DNA of 64,000 bases, from the NCBI GenBank assembly GCA_965222235.1, contig OZ244939.1:557942-621941 (forward strand), in the 5' to 3' direction. Positions 45,001 through 53,409 of this stretch are shown here, in pieces; position 1 is the first letter of the stretch, and each line of letters begins with the position of its first letter. Below the pieces are notes generated by a model, which was not told where the DNA came from, made no database searches, and saw only the letters and a program-made list of their open reading frames with translations. Origin of the DNA: Minisyncoccota bacterium. Its GTDB lineage: Bacteria > Patescibacteriota > Minisyncoccia > Phycocordibacterales > JABAAK01. Made by a program: the position numbers and the translations under genes.

Positions 45001-45047
45001 GCAGGGCACATGTCAACAATGCTCTGAGCAGACAAGGAGGTAGTTAG
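39030..45047 (+). CDS. Giant Ig-like-repeat surface protein with Gly/Ser linker and C-terminal peptidoglycan-binding domain
   Basis: Repeated SDTG..D.IT.D.TPT units; 12-bp GGTAGTAGCGGT repeat ~44382-44497; RDLGIGSTGEDVRRLQ.FLN. Confidence 0.85.
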   Translation: MHRNCTKIFIPNGVHRTKISVPLLLLFSLFVFLLVMPVFAADPDPEAALTVDLVASSDTGDSDTDDITQDHTPTILVSRGGGLEASYTITVSASKVDATDVVATRDGTGEVTLGTLSDGIWTISAQAVDSSSSTTITTTQEDLLEITIENFLTVDLVAGSDTGDSDTDDVTGDHTPTILVSSFTDLDASYAVTVTARQTDATNDAEDVVATRDGTGEVTLGTLSDGIWTISAQAVDSSSTTTVTTIQEDLLEIRITSENFLTVDLVAGSDTGDSDTDDITKDNTPTILVSSVTDLDESYTVTVTARQTDAADVVATRAGPGEVTLGTLSGGVWTISAEAVKSEDVGTITTDLGVVKPVVRKTVVLTRESLEITIIDLIIDLVAGSDTGISSTDDATCDETPTIRVSGAPGAGLDESYTVTVTARRGGLKDVVATRAGPGEVTLGTLANDGVWTISAEAVKGSSTLMSHQPLEISITRSSPSVELECGVKERFSLRLKGSSDTGPLGAGITSDTTPTFVVEGVDSYAVTVTAQKAGLEDVVATRVGRGEVTLGVSTILSAQTAGDWSALVSKFTTTTSDTLTESTSVYTATDTDGDGEADTLTPTFSGTAAEGSVVQVVLERNGYSVSVRTTANPDGTYSTVVPLAEATSVVGEGLENGVWSVTAKSVNGETTVATATMEITIIANPAIAVDLKKDSDTGISAYDNVTFDVTPTFSIIGLTIPTDTVTVIATNGLKSVLKTVEGNSDFIFPNSFNIPSNEIGGDWKVKVSGATNVFDHTLNSDSVFTYTAPAVSLDRYQADPTNTQVPLPPAEEGDTVPPGQRYPKPMFSGTAPVNAPIEFVFEKGRYSFTATAVADSGCQYVSNDAYSRCEYTIVAPLKNAIDLLSEENFEGIVIPSTIPSDQTGGNWNAVVSGATTVSSQTLSADNTFVYTATDAGNDGVADDLNPTFSGRAPVGSFVRFILKRNGYSVSFGDIVDYNGRYSIDAPLKNASSDSRSSFGAGVWSISAEGTDSAGNDLSADLDVTVVSVTPTRIPINLDPLAIERPSADIITRYVTPDTTPEFIITNFQSDTMRRASIVARKNGSPTVSRSINSNGIFTLSDAPLADGVWSVVFRYADSRLLSNNIEDKLFLEVTVDTGLVLPTFKLKTTSDTGEDDTDGLTSDTTPTFTIEGIPSETVVTVTAENIDDGSDAVTKSITGSGDVTLDLEDYKTYVVTARTLLGWNQEIEIGIDSFFYGPNISLHEYSDTGVSSTDGITNDSTPKITVAGLFAPTGTVTVTAAKADSSGENVVATRAGSGDVTLGVIPLSRTAGDWNAVVSGATTVSSQTLNADNTFVYTAADADSDGEADTLIPTFSGAAPVDSIVWFTLERDGYSVLFGTVVRADGTYSVVAPLEEAVNEESRLSDGLWFIFASGPDFSDNGAVFTTETIKVTVVTEPALTLDLDEDSDTGADNSDHLTSDNTPTIILSGSIPDTTNLKLTARQSGSPDRILGSPSGSEFTVGAASSILEPKEKIGSVFCSFEWRVKTHGAITVSYGSGPTTHELTPEQGGKSSFTYHPASACSTGALSPVLTGTALPGSLVAFTFTYNGYSITSVTTADASGSYSTDSIILADAGRSFVSHHLYQRVSHLIEPLTDGVWSITAEAEADTGTNIDIAGNVITPVTIDISIDTTAPTLVSLGTPDVSTERQVTLSLVATHNQHSSYADLPETLRPIFGGDCSDFAADTDWTDSTPADGEANTYGVTVPARGLYDACTVKLVDGLGNESNTLTFDAFTVSRGGDSGSSGGSSGGSSGGSSGGSSGGSSGGSSSGGSGGSGSGGSDSNNSAAGDSRRGGGIPYIGYSGSHRDNFWAPSLDLTFSQQGLHGQSVTPALPVITESYRKRRIEEIKLLIEEIKSKLQQYLKESKSPLPATPPAFIRDLGIGSTGEDVRRLQVFLNQNNHPLAEAGHGSPGSETAYYGIRTRAAKERYQKTHGIQPTVEYGHFGAASRAHVNNALSRQGGS

Positions 45048-45107
45048 CTAGTGCTGTGCCGAATGCACCGAAGCCCTGATCCCACCGAACGGGCTAATCT
45101 TTTCAAA

Positions 45108-45327
45108 GCTCCACTCCGTTGCGCACCGATCCTCGTGGCACTCCGCTCCCGCGCCAACCGCGGAGAAGGGCGCGAAATATGGAACGGCAGGGAAGGTATT
45201 GCATACGCAAACCCTCCCTGTTTTTTCACTTCTGCTCGGTTCGGCTCCGTTCAGTTCACTTTTCCCACTCCTCCTCTTTTCGCTGCGCTGTCGCTCCGCG
45301 GAAAGTGTCAGAGCCGGAAATGCCTGT
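45108..45327 (+). repeat. Arm-family relic at the left edge of island 3
   Basis: 45108-45157 is the reverse complement of 49759-49808 (46/50 identical). Confidence 0.75.
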
Positions 45328-45475
45328 GCGAATCTGAAGGCGATACTTGACCCGCACATGCTACACAACACATCCGTTGCGACAGGGAACATTGTGTTTA
45401 TGATGTCCACTACACTTTTCAAAAATATCAATTATTCATATATCGTATACTTAATTTCTTAACTGTAATTGTGAT

Positions 45476-46045
45476 TCATTTTATAAAAACCTTACATTTT
45501 TTTGCCTCGTTCATTAATTTTGTATAAGTAATTGATTCAATGAAATAATGTTTTTTATGATGGTCGTATGTTTTATTATTGATATGAAATTGCCCCTCTC
45601 CAATATTACCCCTATGCTGTTTATCTGAATAATTTATCTTTTCATCTCTTTGTATCTGCTTTTTTTCTATTTCAAATATCTCAATCACATCATTAAAAAA
45701 TAATAAGTATATCATCTTATCAAAGAGTTTTACTTTTATTTGTTGAATGTTACAATCAAATTCAAATTTACCCACATCTTTTTGTTTTATCAGTCTGTTT
45801 CTATTACTATTATTTATTATGATTTCATAAAAATTCTCAATATTCATATCTAACTTCTGTTTTTTAAAAACTTTTGATGCTTTTACCTCAACTTTATTAT
45901 TATTTATATCCACCAAATCAAACTCCAATTTTTTACTTTCTATGCATTTTTTCAGTATCATAACGATAATCTCAGCAGCAGTTCCGAACTGCCTTGTGTG
46001 TATATCAATAATGCCATCCCGAAATTTCTCACTATCCATACCCAA
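45476..46045 (-). CDS. Putative type II restriction endonuclease
   Basis: FD...VEVK motif; overlaps the methyltransferase stop; low GC. Confidence 0.6.
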   Translation of the reverse strand: MGMDSEKFRDGIIDIHTRQFGTAAEIIVMILKKCIESKKLEFDLVDINNNKVEVKASKVFKKQKLDMNIENFYEIIINNSNRNRLIKQKDVGKFEFDCNIQQIKVKLFDKMIYLLFFNDVIEIFEIEKKQIQRDEKINYSDKQHRGNIGEGQFHINNKTYDHHKKHYFIESITYTKLMNEAKKCKVFIK

Positions 46046-46823
46046 TTTTTCTTATTCGTTTTTCCATTATGTCAAAATACTCTTTTTTGTTCTCAAAACA
46101 GATATATTTTCTATTGCATTGTATTGATGAAACAGCGGTTGTTCCGCTGCCGGCAAAAGGATCTAACACAGCATCACCTTCATTACTGAATACCTGCACT
46201 ATTCTGTCCATCAGCATTAATGGTTTTTGAGTCGGGTGTTTCACTCTCTCTTTTGACCACGGAACAATCGGAGAAACATCGGTCCATACATTAGAGAGTG
46301 CTCTGTATCGGTTACCATTTTTTCTGCCAATTGTCCCGCCGGTTTTTTTGAGAATCGTTGAAGAAATTTTATTGTATGTGTGTGTTTTCTCATCCTTCAC
46401 ATACCACAAAATGTCCTCTCTCGTGGAGACAAGGTTGGTTTTTGCTCCTCGTCCCTTTATCCTGTCGTAAATTATCCAATTTTTTAATGTAAATAGCGCG
46501 CTGATTTCAGTATGGGTCAGCATCACATTAGACCATCCTTGAAACACTATGAGATTACCCGTTGGTTTTAGTATTCTATTGAATTCTTTTGTTAACAGAT
46601 TCCAATTCAAAAAACCTTTCGCATCCCATTCATTTCCTTCAAAATTTATTTCATACGGAGGATCGGTCGCTATCAAGTCAACTGAATTTTCAGGAAGTTT
46701 CGGGAGTAGCTCAATACAATCACCCAAAACAATCTGATTTTCAAGAGATTTTACCGAATCAACTCTATCTGTAAAAACAGATTTTCGGTTTTCTACACCT
46801 GTTAGTAACATGCCTTGCTCCAT
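46032..46823 (-). CDS. Beta-class DNA amino-methyltransferase
   Basis: TDPPY, HPTQKP, DPFAGSGTT. Confidence 0.9.
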   Translation of the reverse strand: MEQGMLLTGVENRKSVFTDRVDSVKSLENQIVLGDCIELLPKLPENSVDLIATDPPYEINFEGNEWDAKGFLNWNLLTKEFNRILKPTGNLIVFQGWSNVMLTHTEISALFTLKNWIIYDRIKGRGAKTNLVSTREDILWYVKDEKTHTYNKISSTILKKTGGTIGRKNGNRYRALSNVWTDVSPIVPWSKERVKHPTQKPLMLMDRIVQVFSNEGDAVLDPFAGSGTTAVSSIQCNRKYICFENKKEYFDIMEKRIRKIGYG

Positions 46824-46870
46824 CTATAAAATTATACCATGCAGTAGCGTATTAGAAGGCGATAATATCA

Positions 46871-47113
46871 CACCTTGAAGTTTTAATAGAAAAGCAGAGT
46901 GCCAAGTCTCCCGGAAGAAAAGTTTTTGAGGCGATGCTTGATCGCATCGCCGAGGGAGAGGCAGAAGGAATTCTTGCGTGGCATCCGGACAGACTCGCCC
47001 GCAACATGACGGACGGGGCGAAACTGGTTGAATTGATTGAATCAGTCGGCGCGTCTCTTGTCTTTCCCACTTACCATTTTGACAATACGCCTCACGGTAT
47101 CTTCTGCCTCTCC
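46871..47113 (+). pseudogene. Fragment of a large serine recombinase, truncated at the att-like motif
   Basis: EKQSAKSPGR..F...GILAWHPDRLARN...FPTY.FD.TP.G.F.LS matches the intact LSR. Confidence 0.9.
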
Positions 47114-47385
47114 CTTTTTACCTTCAAGCCTTGCCAACAGGATAGCACTCAAACTCAAAAAGGACTTTGAAAACACCAATTTGCACGCTCCACCCACCCC
47201 ATAGCCCTAACCCGTCACTTCCGCTCTAGACACTCAGTAAACACGTTGACCAGTCGCGTCGCACCCCTCGGGCCCGTGTTCACTACGTTCACACAATCCC
47301 TCTGGGCGCGCCGCTCCCCGCGCCAATCACCGTCGTCATTTCCTTTTTCTATTTAGTCGCCCCCGCACCCCGCGTGCTCGCCTCC
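47112..47385 (+). repeat. att-like 20-mer plus diverged arm A; inverted partner at 49699-49875
   Basis: ccctttttaccttcaagcct; encodes SSLANRIALKLKKDFENTNLHAPPTP*. Confidence 0.85.
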
Positions 47386-47445
47386 ATAGTACCAAGCGGG
47401 CGTATGTGTTTTTTCTTTTTGTTGCACTTCAGGTGCGAATTCAAT
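47384..47445 (-). mobile_element. Isolated IS30 left end (62 bp)
   Basis: Identical to 19765-19826. Confidence 0.85.
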
Positions 47446-47491
47446 TCTGCCCTGATAGATATGTTTATTTTAATGTTAGAATATAAGTACT

Positions 47492-48721
47492 ATGTCAGTT
47501 ACCCAAAAGAGAGTGGAAGTTCAACAAAACCAGCTCTTCAAAGATTCTGATTTTATTTTTAAACCAAAAAATCTTGAAACAGAAGGTGTAAAATATATTG
47601 GATCAAAAAAAGAGATACTTCCGAAAATATTACTCATACTTGAATTATTAAAAAAACAAATTGATATAAATACCGTACTAGACGGTTTTTCTGGCTCAAC
47701 AAGAGTCACACAAGCATTGGCAAAAAATGATTTTAATGTTATATCAAATGATACTGCCATTTACTCAAAAATTTTTGCAGAGTGTTACTTAATGACAAAA
47801 AAAGATATCGGTTATTATGCTAAAAAAATTGATACCTTAAATGATTTAGAAGGAAAAGACGGATGGTTCTCGGCACACTATGGTGGCGCTGAAAATAACG
47901 GTTTATCAGTGGGAGGAGATGGGAAGAAGAAAATGTGGCAGCTACACAATACAAGAAAGCTTGATACGATGCTGGAAGTCATACATGCAGAAAAAGATCA
48001 ACAAGATAAAAGTGTATTACTCACCTCCCTTATGCTAGGTCTCGACAAGGTTGACAGTTCACTTGGTCATCAGGTTTCATACCTTAAAGAATGGGCAAGT
48101 CGGTCATATAATACATTAAAGTTATCTGTACCTCACTATTGGGTTAACAATGGAAAACATGACATACATAATAAGGACATATTCAAATTGATTGAAGAAA
48201 TTACTGTTGATGTCGCATACTATGATCCGCCGTATTGTTCAAACAATGAAAAGATGCCCGCTTCCCGTGTTCGGTATAATTCTTATTACCATATATGGAC
48301 ATCTGTCTGTCTGAATGACACTCCGGAAGTTTTTGGTGTCTGTAATCGAAGAAAAGATACCAGTGATAAGACCGCAATATCGGTATTTGAAGAATTCAGA
48401 AGAGATTTGGAAACAAATGAATATATCACCACACTGCAAATAAAGAAGTTAATTGAAAGGACAAAAGCGAAATGTATTATATTTTCATATTCAAGTAGCG
48501 GTCGTACTGATAAAAAAAGTTTCAAAAAAATATTAAATGAATTGGATTTAAATTTTTTATTTTATGAATTTGATTATAAAAAGAATATTATGCATGCATT
48601 AAAGTCAACCAATGAATGGATAAATGAACAAGGGAATAGGGAGTATTTAATTATGATAGACAAACAAGGGGGTGTTGATTTTGAAGAAATTGAAAGAAAT
48701 CTAACATCCGTATTTCTGTAA
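47492..48721 (+). CDS. D12-class (alpha-type) N6-adenine DNA methyltransferase
   Basis: YIGSK, LDGFSGS, YYDPPY. Confidence 0.85.
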   Translation: MSVTQKRVEVQQNQLFKDSDFIFKPKNLETEGVKYIGSKKEILPKILLILELLKKQIDINTVLDGFSGSTRVTQALAKNDFNVISNDTAIYSKIFAECYLMTKKDIGYYAKKIDTLNDLEGKDGWFSAHYGGAENNGLSVGGDGKKKMWQLHNTRKLDTMLEVIHAEKDQQDKSVLLTSLMLGLDKVDSSLGHQVSYLKEWASRSYNTLKLSVPHYWVNNGKHDIHNKDIFKLIEEITVDVAYYDPPYCSNNEKMPASRVRYNSYYHIWTSVCLNDTPEVFGVCNRRKDTSDKTAISVFEEFRRDLETNEYITTLQIKKLIERTKAKCIIFSYSSSGRTDKKSFKKILNELDLNFLFYEFDYKKNIMHALKSTNEWINEQGNREYLIMIDKQGGVDFEEIERNLTSVFL

Positions 48722-49474
48722 AAATTTTTTCAACTCCGATTTGTCCAAAAGAGAAAGCTCTTTTACTGAAAGTAAGAATTCTTGATTGATTGTGTAGGTG
48801 CCTTTGAAGAACACATCAAGGATATTTTTTGCGTGATGTGTTTTTGTCCAAATTCCCCGCTGTAAGGCATTTGCCGTTGTTCCTCCATATCTAACTTCAA
48901 ACATATAATTTTCCTTAGAATCTAAAAACTCATATATTGGGTGTTTTCTTCTACCTTCCACACCAATCTTTCTTATTGATTTCCATTTCTTTATCATCAT
49001 TTTGGTGTTGATGGTGCAAACTCTAAATGTGCTTTCTTTCTCATTGTATAAGAAACACAAAACATGTATGTTTAATAATTTGTTTAGTATCGGCAAAACA
49101 TCTTCTCGTTTAATCTGTTTCTTTTTTGCAGAAAGTTTTAACAAAGTGTCAAATAATTCATTTTTCTTATCCGTTCGTATTTGCAGTGGTCCATTGTCAC
49201 CGTAATTTTTAAGAGACAGAAAAAATTTCTTACCAGTTTTCTTTTCCTGTATCTCAAGATCCTCTTCGCTCTCTTTTGCTCGGAATTTTTCTTTCCCTAT
49301 GTGTGTTGACTTGAAATGTTTTAAATACTTATTTATGTAATGATCAAACAAGACCTCAGCCATATCACCGTGTGTTTTGTTTCCAAATTCTCTAAAGGAG
49401 AATATGTTGTCAAAAAATATAACACTTTTAGGGTTTCTCCTAAAGTTTTCTTTTAATTCTGCAAAAAAATCCAT
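48701..49474 (-). CDS. Putative restriction endonuclease, convergent with the methyltransferase
   Basis: E...EED...SLK motif; low GC; context. The 5' extension in the ORF track runs through the arm. Confidence 0.55.
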   Translation of the reverse strand: MDFFAELKENFRRNPKSVIFFDNIFSFREFGNKTHGDMAEVLFDHYINKYLKHFKSTHIGKEKFRAKESEEDLEIQEKKTGKKFFLSLKNYGDNGPLQIRTDKKNELFDTLLKLSAKKKQIKREDVLPILNKLLNIHVLCFLYNEKESTFRVCTINTKMMIKKWKSIRKIGVEGRRKHPIYEFLDSKENYMFEVRYGGTTANALQRGIWTKTHHAKNILDVFFKGTYTINQEFLLSVKELSLLDKSELKKFLQKYGC

Positions 49475-49698
49475 AAAATTGAACTTTATTAATTGAATTG
49501 TAGCATTTATATTGACGCGAATCAAAGGAAATCCGCCGTTTCCCGTAAACGTTCGCAAGCGGGAAATCGGTAGATTGCATGAGTTCTCCCGACCCATCAC
49601 ACCGACATTTTCTTTTACTGTCTGATTTGCGTGCTCTTGTGCTACTAAATGAAGAACCCCAAAAACCCGCCTTTTAAGCAAAGAGAACAGAAACAGAC

Positions 49699-49913
49699 GG
49701 TGGCGAGCACGCGGGGTTGGGGCGGCGGAAAAATTGAAGAAGAAAATAACGACGATGATTGGCGCGGGAGCAGAGCACCACGAGGATCGGTGCGTAACGG
49801 AGTGGAGCACGGATCCGAGAGGTGCGGAGCGACTTGTTGAAGCGTACGATGTTGGTTTGAGGGTTTACTGGGTGCTCGGAGCGGGCGAATCTTCCTCTTT
49901 TACCTTCAAGCCT
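49699..49913 (-). repeat. Truncated inverted arm plus att-like 20-mer (49894-49913) overlapping the tRNA 3' end
   Basis: cctcttttaccttcaagcct is identical to 20264-20283. Confidence 0.85.
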
Positions 49914-49982
49914 CCCCAGCAGGAATCGAACCTGCATTACAAGCTCCGCAAGCCTGCGTTCTATCCATTAAACTATGGGGAG
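49911..49982 (-). tRNA. tRNA-Arg(GCG)
   Basis: Acceptor ctcccca/tggggag; anticodon arm caggc-ttGCGga-gcttg. Confidence 0.9.
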
Positions 49983-50112
49983 ATATGCGTTCAGTATATA
50001 CTGTACGAGCGTTTTTTGTACATGTTTTACATACTCCGCAGTACAGGTATTTTTTCCTTGGTATAGTGATAATATCTATGGCAGAAAGATGTTCCGTTAT
50101 TAAGTAATATTC

Positions 50113-52689
50113 ATGAAACTGTATATCACATTGAAAGGAATGGTGGTGGTAACCGTAGTAGGTGCGTTCTGTATATTTCTTGTAATCAAAACGATCAGCA
50201 TTGCGGGGGTGCAATCCGACCCGGATGCCGCTAATCCGCCGGCAGCGCCTGTCATAACAGTTGCGGCGCTTGACACCGCCGCTTCACGGACGAGAGAGGT
50301 GACCGCGACACTGGGGAACACCGACGGCGTTACCGATACGAAGTACGCACTTGTCAGCAGTGCCGTCTGCAACGGCGATGTCACATTTCCCAACCTGCAG
50401 ACATGGACATCGGGCGTTCCTATCGTATTCGTGTCTGAGAGCGCGAACGGCAAACGGGTCTGTTTCAAGGCGGCACGCGGTCAAAATTACACTTATAAAC
50501 TGTCCGATACTGTCAGCGGTATAAGCAGATCATTTGAGCCGACGGTCTGGGGTATGCAGACATATATTTGGAATCAGCATCTGAATGTGTGGGCGCGGAC
50601 TTCGTGCACCATGCGGATCGGCGGCGCTATCGGCACTATCGCCGCCTGCAGTGAAGCGCAGTGCACCGGCGCGGCGGGAACACCGTCATTCTGCAGTAAT
50701 GAGCCGGATTCCTGTGATGCAAGCGTTTGTGATGCCTCGGAGCCGTGGAAAAACCGGGTTAGGTACTATCACGACGGCAGGGACATTGACGGCGACGGCA
50801 CTATTGAAACGAATGAAATACAGCCGGGGGAGGTGCAGGGGACCGCATGGTCTCCCATGTACGGTGAGATCACTTTTGATCTGGAAGATTTTCCGGTCGA
50901 TAATCCGGATACAGTATCCGTTAACGAAAGCAGCTGCTACGGCCTGACCGGCGAAGACCGCCAGGCCCGCATCGTTCGCGTGGTAGCCGGGAATAACAAT
51001 AAAGTTGACAGAAGCGACCGTATTTCCACCGGCAGCTCGGCCGCCGGAACAACCATCGCGATGGTCGGCTGCGCGTATGTGCCGGGACACGATGAATATA
51101 TTCTGCTGTCTCCCGCAAACCGTCTTGCCAACGCCGTGGCCGCAAACCTTTCCGAATGGCCGTCGGATTGGACGGGGGTCTGGATTGAGGTGGATACCGC
51201 CGCACCGACCGTCTCCTGCACCGGAGACAAGCACTGCACCGGCATCACCAGTCCGCATATAAAGATGTTCGGGTGCGCATGGTCGCAGAGATCGCAAAAC
51301 AACACCATTTACGGCAATTTCTGGTCGTTCGGTCCGAATACGACAGCATCAGGCGCGGGAGACGACACGAACTGCCTGCCCGATTCGCACAGCGAAGGAC
51401 TGCTGGAGGAAATAGACGTTACCGCCATCGGCATTCCCAGCGGCGGTACGGACGCGTTGGTATATCCGAACAAGGGATCCGCCCGCGTCGGTCAGTATGT
51501 AACCTACTCCGCGGAATGTCCCGCCGGGCGCAGCAAAGTGTCAAAGATGCAGATATTCCGCAACGCCGGCGACTATGAACTGGTGTTCGGTGATGAAACG
51601 AGCAATACCTATCTGAGCGCGCTGAACGCCGCCAATCCGACCACCGTGAGCAGTCTGAATACAGTTGCCGCAACCGGTTCGGCACTGAGAACGAAGCACA
51701 CCTATTCTGAGACAATCTTTTCTTCAGTGACGGCCCTTCGTGTTGAGTGTGAAGATGCACATCCGCAGAAAATTTTCGGCGGCATATCCGCGGCCAGGAG
51801 CGTCGGTGTTGAGGCCAATTCTCTCATATACCGGGGTTTCACCGCCGAGCCGTCCGTCATTACCGAAGGCGGTATCATTGATCTTAATATTGAGGTGACC
51901 AATTTTGAAGATCCGTCCAAAAACGGCGGCTTCTGTAAGGTGACCAATGTGCTGACCGATGAGCCGGTACTCTGTTTCCGGACAAAAGGATTTACTACCA
52001 CCAAAACACTTCGCGACTGCGGAGACGGTACCACCCTATGCCTCGGCGACAGCACCGATCCTGTTGTCAGGGAGACAACGTATGAGCTGGAATGCCACCA
52101 TGACACCTCGAATGCAACACACGACGACGATGATTTTAACAGCAGGTGCATGTCATTTGAACCGACCGGCAACACATGGAAGAAAATCGGTCCGTTCGGG
52201 TTTACGGTGAAGGTGCTGCCGAGCCGAATCGTTGAGCGGGATATATCCGAATCAGTGCCCGTGCCGACCATCACCAAAACCGGCAGTGTATTCAGGGTCT
52301 CTCTGCCGCAGGAATCGCGCGGTTCCTATGATGTGCGCATCTATGAGCTTGATGCAGGATCTGCCGACGGCACCAAAACAGTCAATCCCCGCAGCCCCGA
52401 CAGAATCATCGCATTTTTCACCAACACGGCGCAGGCGAATGCCAAGGTGCAGAATACCTGTGACACGACACAAAGCTCATCGGAATTTCGGGAATGTATA
52501 AAAGGCGCGCTGTACGGAGAAACCGCTCCGGCTGTCATTGTTATCGGCGCCGGCAGTCATGATATCAGTCGGTCGGAGGTGAGTAATAAGATTTTGGTTG
52601 CCGAAACATATACAAACAGCGGGCCGAAAGGAGCAAGAAGCCAAAAGATTGTGGTTGATACCCGGGATGATCCGTTTGCCTCTCCTTAA
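50113..52689 (+). CDS. Large Cys-rich secreted or anchored hypothetical protein
   Basis: N-terminal TM helix; G.AWS motifs; many paired Cys. Confidence 0.7.
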   Translation: MKLYITLKGMVVVTVVGAFCIFLVIKTISIAGVQSDPDAANPPAAPVITVAALDTAASRTREVTATLGNTDGVTDTKYALVSSAVCNGDVTFPNLQTWTSGVPIVFVSESANGKRVCFKAARGQNYTYKLSDTVSGISRSFEPTVWGMQTYIWNQHLNVWARTSCTMRIGGAIGTIAACSEAQCTGAAGTPSFCSNEPDSCDASVCDASEPWKNRVRYYHDGRDIDGDGTIETNEIQPGEVQGTAWSPMYGEITFDLEDFPVDNPDTVSVNESSCYGLTGEDRQARIVRVVAGNNNKVDRSDRISTGSSAAGTTIAMVGCAYVPGHDEYILLSPANRLANAVAANLSEWPSDWTGVWIEVDTAAPTVSCTGDKHCTGITSPHIKMFGCAWSQRSQNNTIYGNFWSFGPNTTASGAGDDTNCLPDSHSEGLLEEIDVTAIGIPSGGTDALVYPNKGSARVGQYVTYSAECPAGRSKVSKMQIFRNAGDYELVFGDETSNTYLSALNAANPTTVSSLNTVAATGSALRTKHTYSETIFSSVTALRVECEDAHPQKIFGGISAARSVGVEANSLIYRGFTAEPSVITEGGIIDLNIEVTNFEDPSKNGGFCKVTNVLTDEPVLCFRTKGFTTTKTLRDCGDGTTLCLGDSTDPVVRETTYELECHHDTSNATHDDDDFNSRCMSFEPTGNTWKKIGPFGFTVKVLPSRIVERDISESVPVPTITKTGSVFRVSLPQESRGSYDVRIYELDAGSADGTKTVNPRSPDRIIAFFTNTAQANAKVQNTCDTTQSSSEFRECIKGALYGETAPAVIVIGAGSHDISRSEVSNKILVAETYTNSGPKGARSQKIVVDTRDDPFASP

Positions 52690-52692
52690 TCG

Positions 52693-53319
52693 CTATCCAT
52701 GTGAATGGCGGTGATTGCCGGGCAGGGGGCGGACTGCGGGAGGAGCGGGACAGGCACCGTCGAGCAGACATCCCTCATTTTTCATGCCCCGTTCCGGGCA
52801 GCGCCGTGAATGAATGCAGGCCTCGTCGCCGACCTGTTTCTGTTCCGCGATGAGCATGTCCGCATCGGTTGTGGTTGTCAGCAGTATCCGGTCGAGATCC
52901 TTCGGTATGTAGCCGTTGAATGCGGCAATGCGCGGGGTGTCATTAACGAACAGCCGGAGGCCGTCCTCACGGCAGACAGTTGTGTCGTTAAATGACAGAC
53001 AATCCTCATCCAGCAGTATATTCAGCGAAGCGAGGAAGGTGGCGAAGGTCTGTTTTTTTGCATGGATATGCAGCACGTCGCCGTCATTGTCGTGCAGGTG
53101 CAGGAACTCATGCCGGACGGTATCCTCATGCGATTGGTATACCGCATCCGAGAGGTGTATTCTCTCGCCGTGTACATACACGGCAAAGTCGGCATGTATG
53201 TGTATGTCGTTATGGTGCGGTCCGTATCCTTTATATATATAGAGCATGCATCCGAAGAAGAGCAGGGCGCAGCCGACAAGTACCGCCCTGTAGATCATCT
53301 TTCTTCCGTTGCTTTGCAT
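52693..53319 (-). CDS. His-rich exported hypothetical protein
   Basis: HIHADF...HLHD...HIH motifs. Confidence 0.65.
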   Translation of the reverse strand: MQSNGRKMIYRAVLVGCALLFFGCMLYIYKGYGPHHNDIHIHADFAVYVHGERIHLSDAVYQSHEDTVRHEFLHLHDNDGDVLHIHAKKQTFATFLASLNILLDEDCLSFNDTTVCREDGLRLFVNDTPRIAAFNGYIPKDLDRILLTTTTDADMLIAEQKQVGDEACIHSRRCPERGMKNEGCLLDGACPAPPAVRPLPGNHRHSHG

Positions 53320-53409
53320 GGCTATAATACTAGCACATGGTTTTGAATAATATTTTCATTCGGTGTCAAGTTGCATTGCGACAAAATCGTACAGTATACT
53401 AATTATCAC

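Noticed and set aside
49475-49810. N-terminal extension of ORF 48701..49810
   Set aside because: Runs through the non-coding arm; the ATG at 49474 fits the low-GC gene
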